In this document: in pieces, positions 63,837 to 64,000 of the stretch
How the letters are laid out: the number at the start of each line of letters is the position of its first letter
How positions within the stretch are numbered: position 1 is the first letter of the stretch
Assembly (NCBI RefSeq): GCF_009914755.1
Contig: NC_060931.1
Direction: 5' to 3' (one strand)
Origin: the human T2T-CHM13v2.0 reference genome, Homo sapiens
DNA: 64,000 nucleotides
Notes under the pieces: generated by a model
Databases searched by the model: none
What the model saw: the letters and a program-made list of their open reading frames with translations, nothing else
What the model was told of the DNA's origin: nothing
Translations under genes and position numbers: made by a program

Positions 63837-64000
63837 CTACAGAGAAAACTTTTATCTAGGTCAGTATAAATTATTAGTAGTAAAAGGAAAGAAAACTACA
63901 ACTCAAAAACCACTGCCACGAAATAAAACTAAAACAAAGAAACCAAATATAAAAGGAAGAAACAACAAAAATAGCTTGCATCTCAAAATTTAATCTTATG

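Overview
AT-rich primate (probably hominoid) genomic DNA, mostly interspersed repeats. These include young and old LINE-1s (several nested, two 5'-inverted), Alus, L2/MIR, a near full-length Tigger2, MER1/MER20/MER82 and two ERV LTR remnants. I see no intact cellular protein-coding gene, tRNA, rRNA or CRISPR array, and most listed ORFs are L1/Alu/LTR-derived or chance. The main result comes from manual translation of the unique DNA between the repeats. A series of splice-site-bounded minus-strand segments (about 63.8 kb down to about 4 kb) reads, in the correct order, as the pre-AAA1 linker, AAA1, AAA2 and possibly the start of AAA3 of a highly divergent dynein heavy chain, broken by stops and frameshifts. 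This looks like an ancient unprocessed dynein-heavy-chain-like pseudogene. The call rests on motif recognition by eye and needs an HMM/tblastn check. Repeat subfamily names are from memory of consensus sequences, and old-repeat boundaries are approximate.
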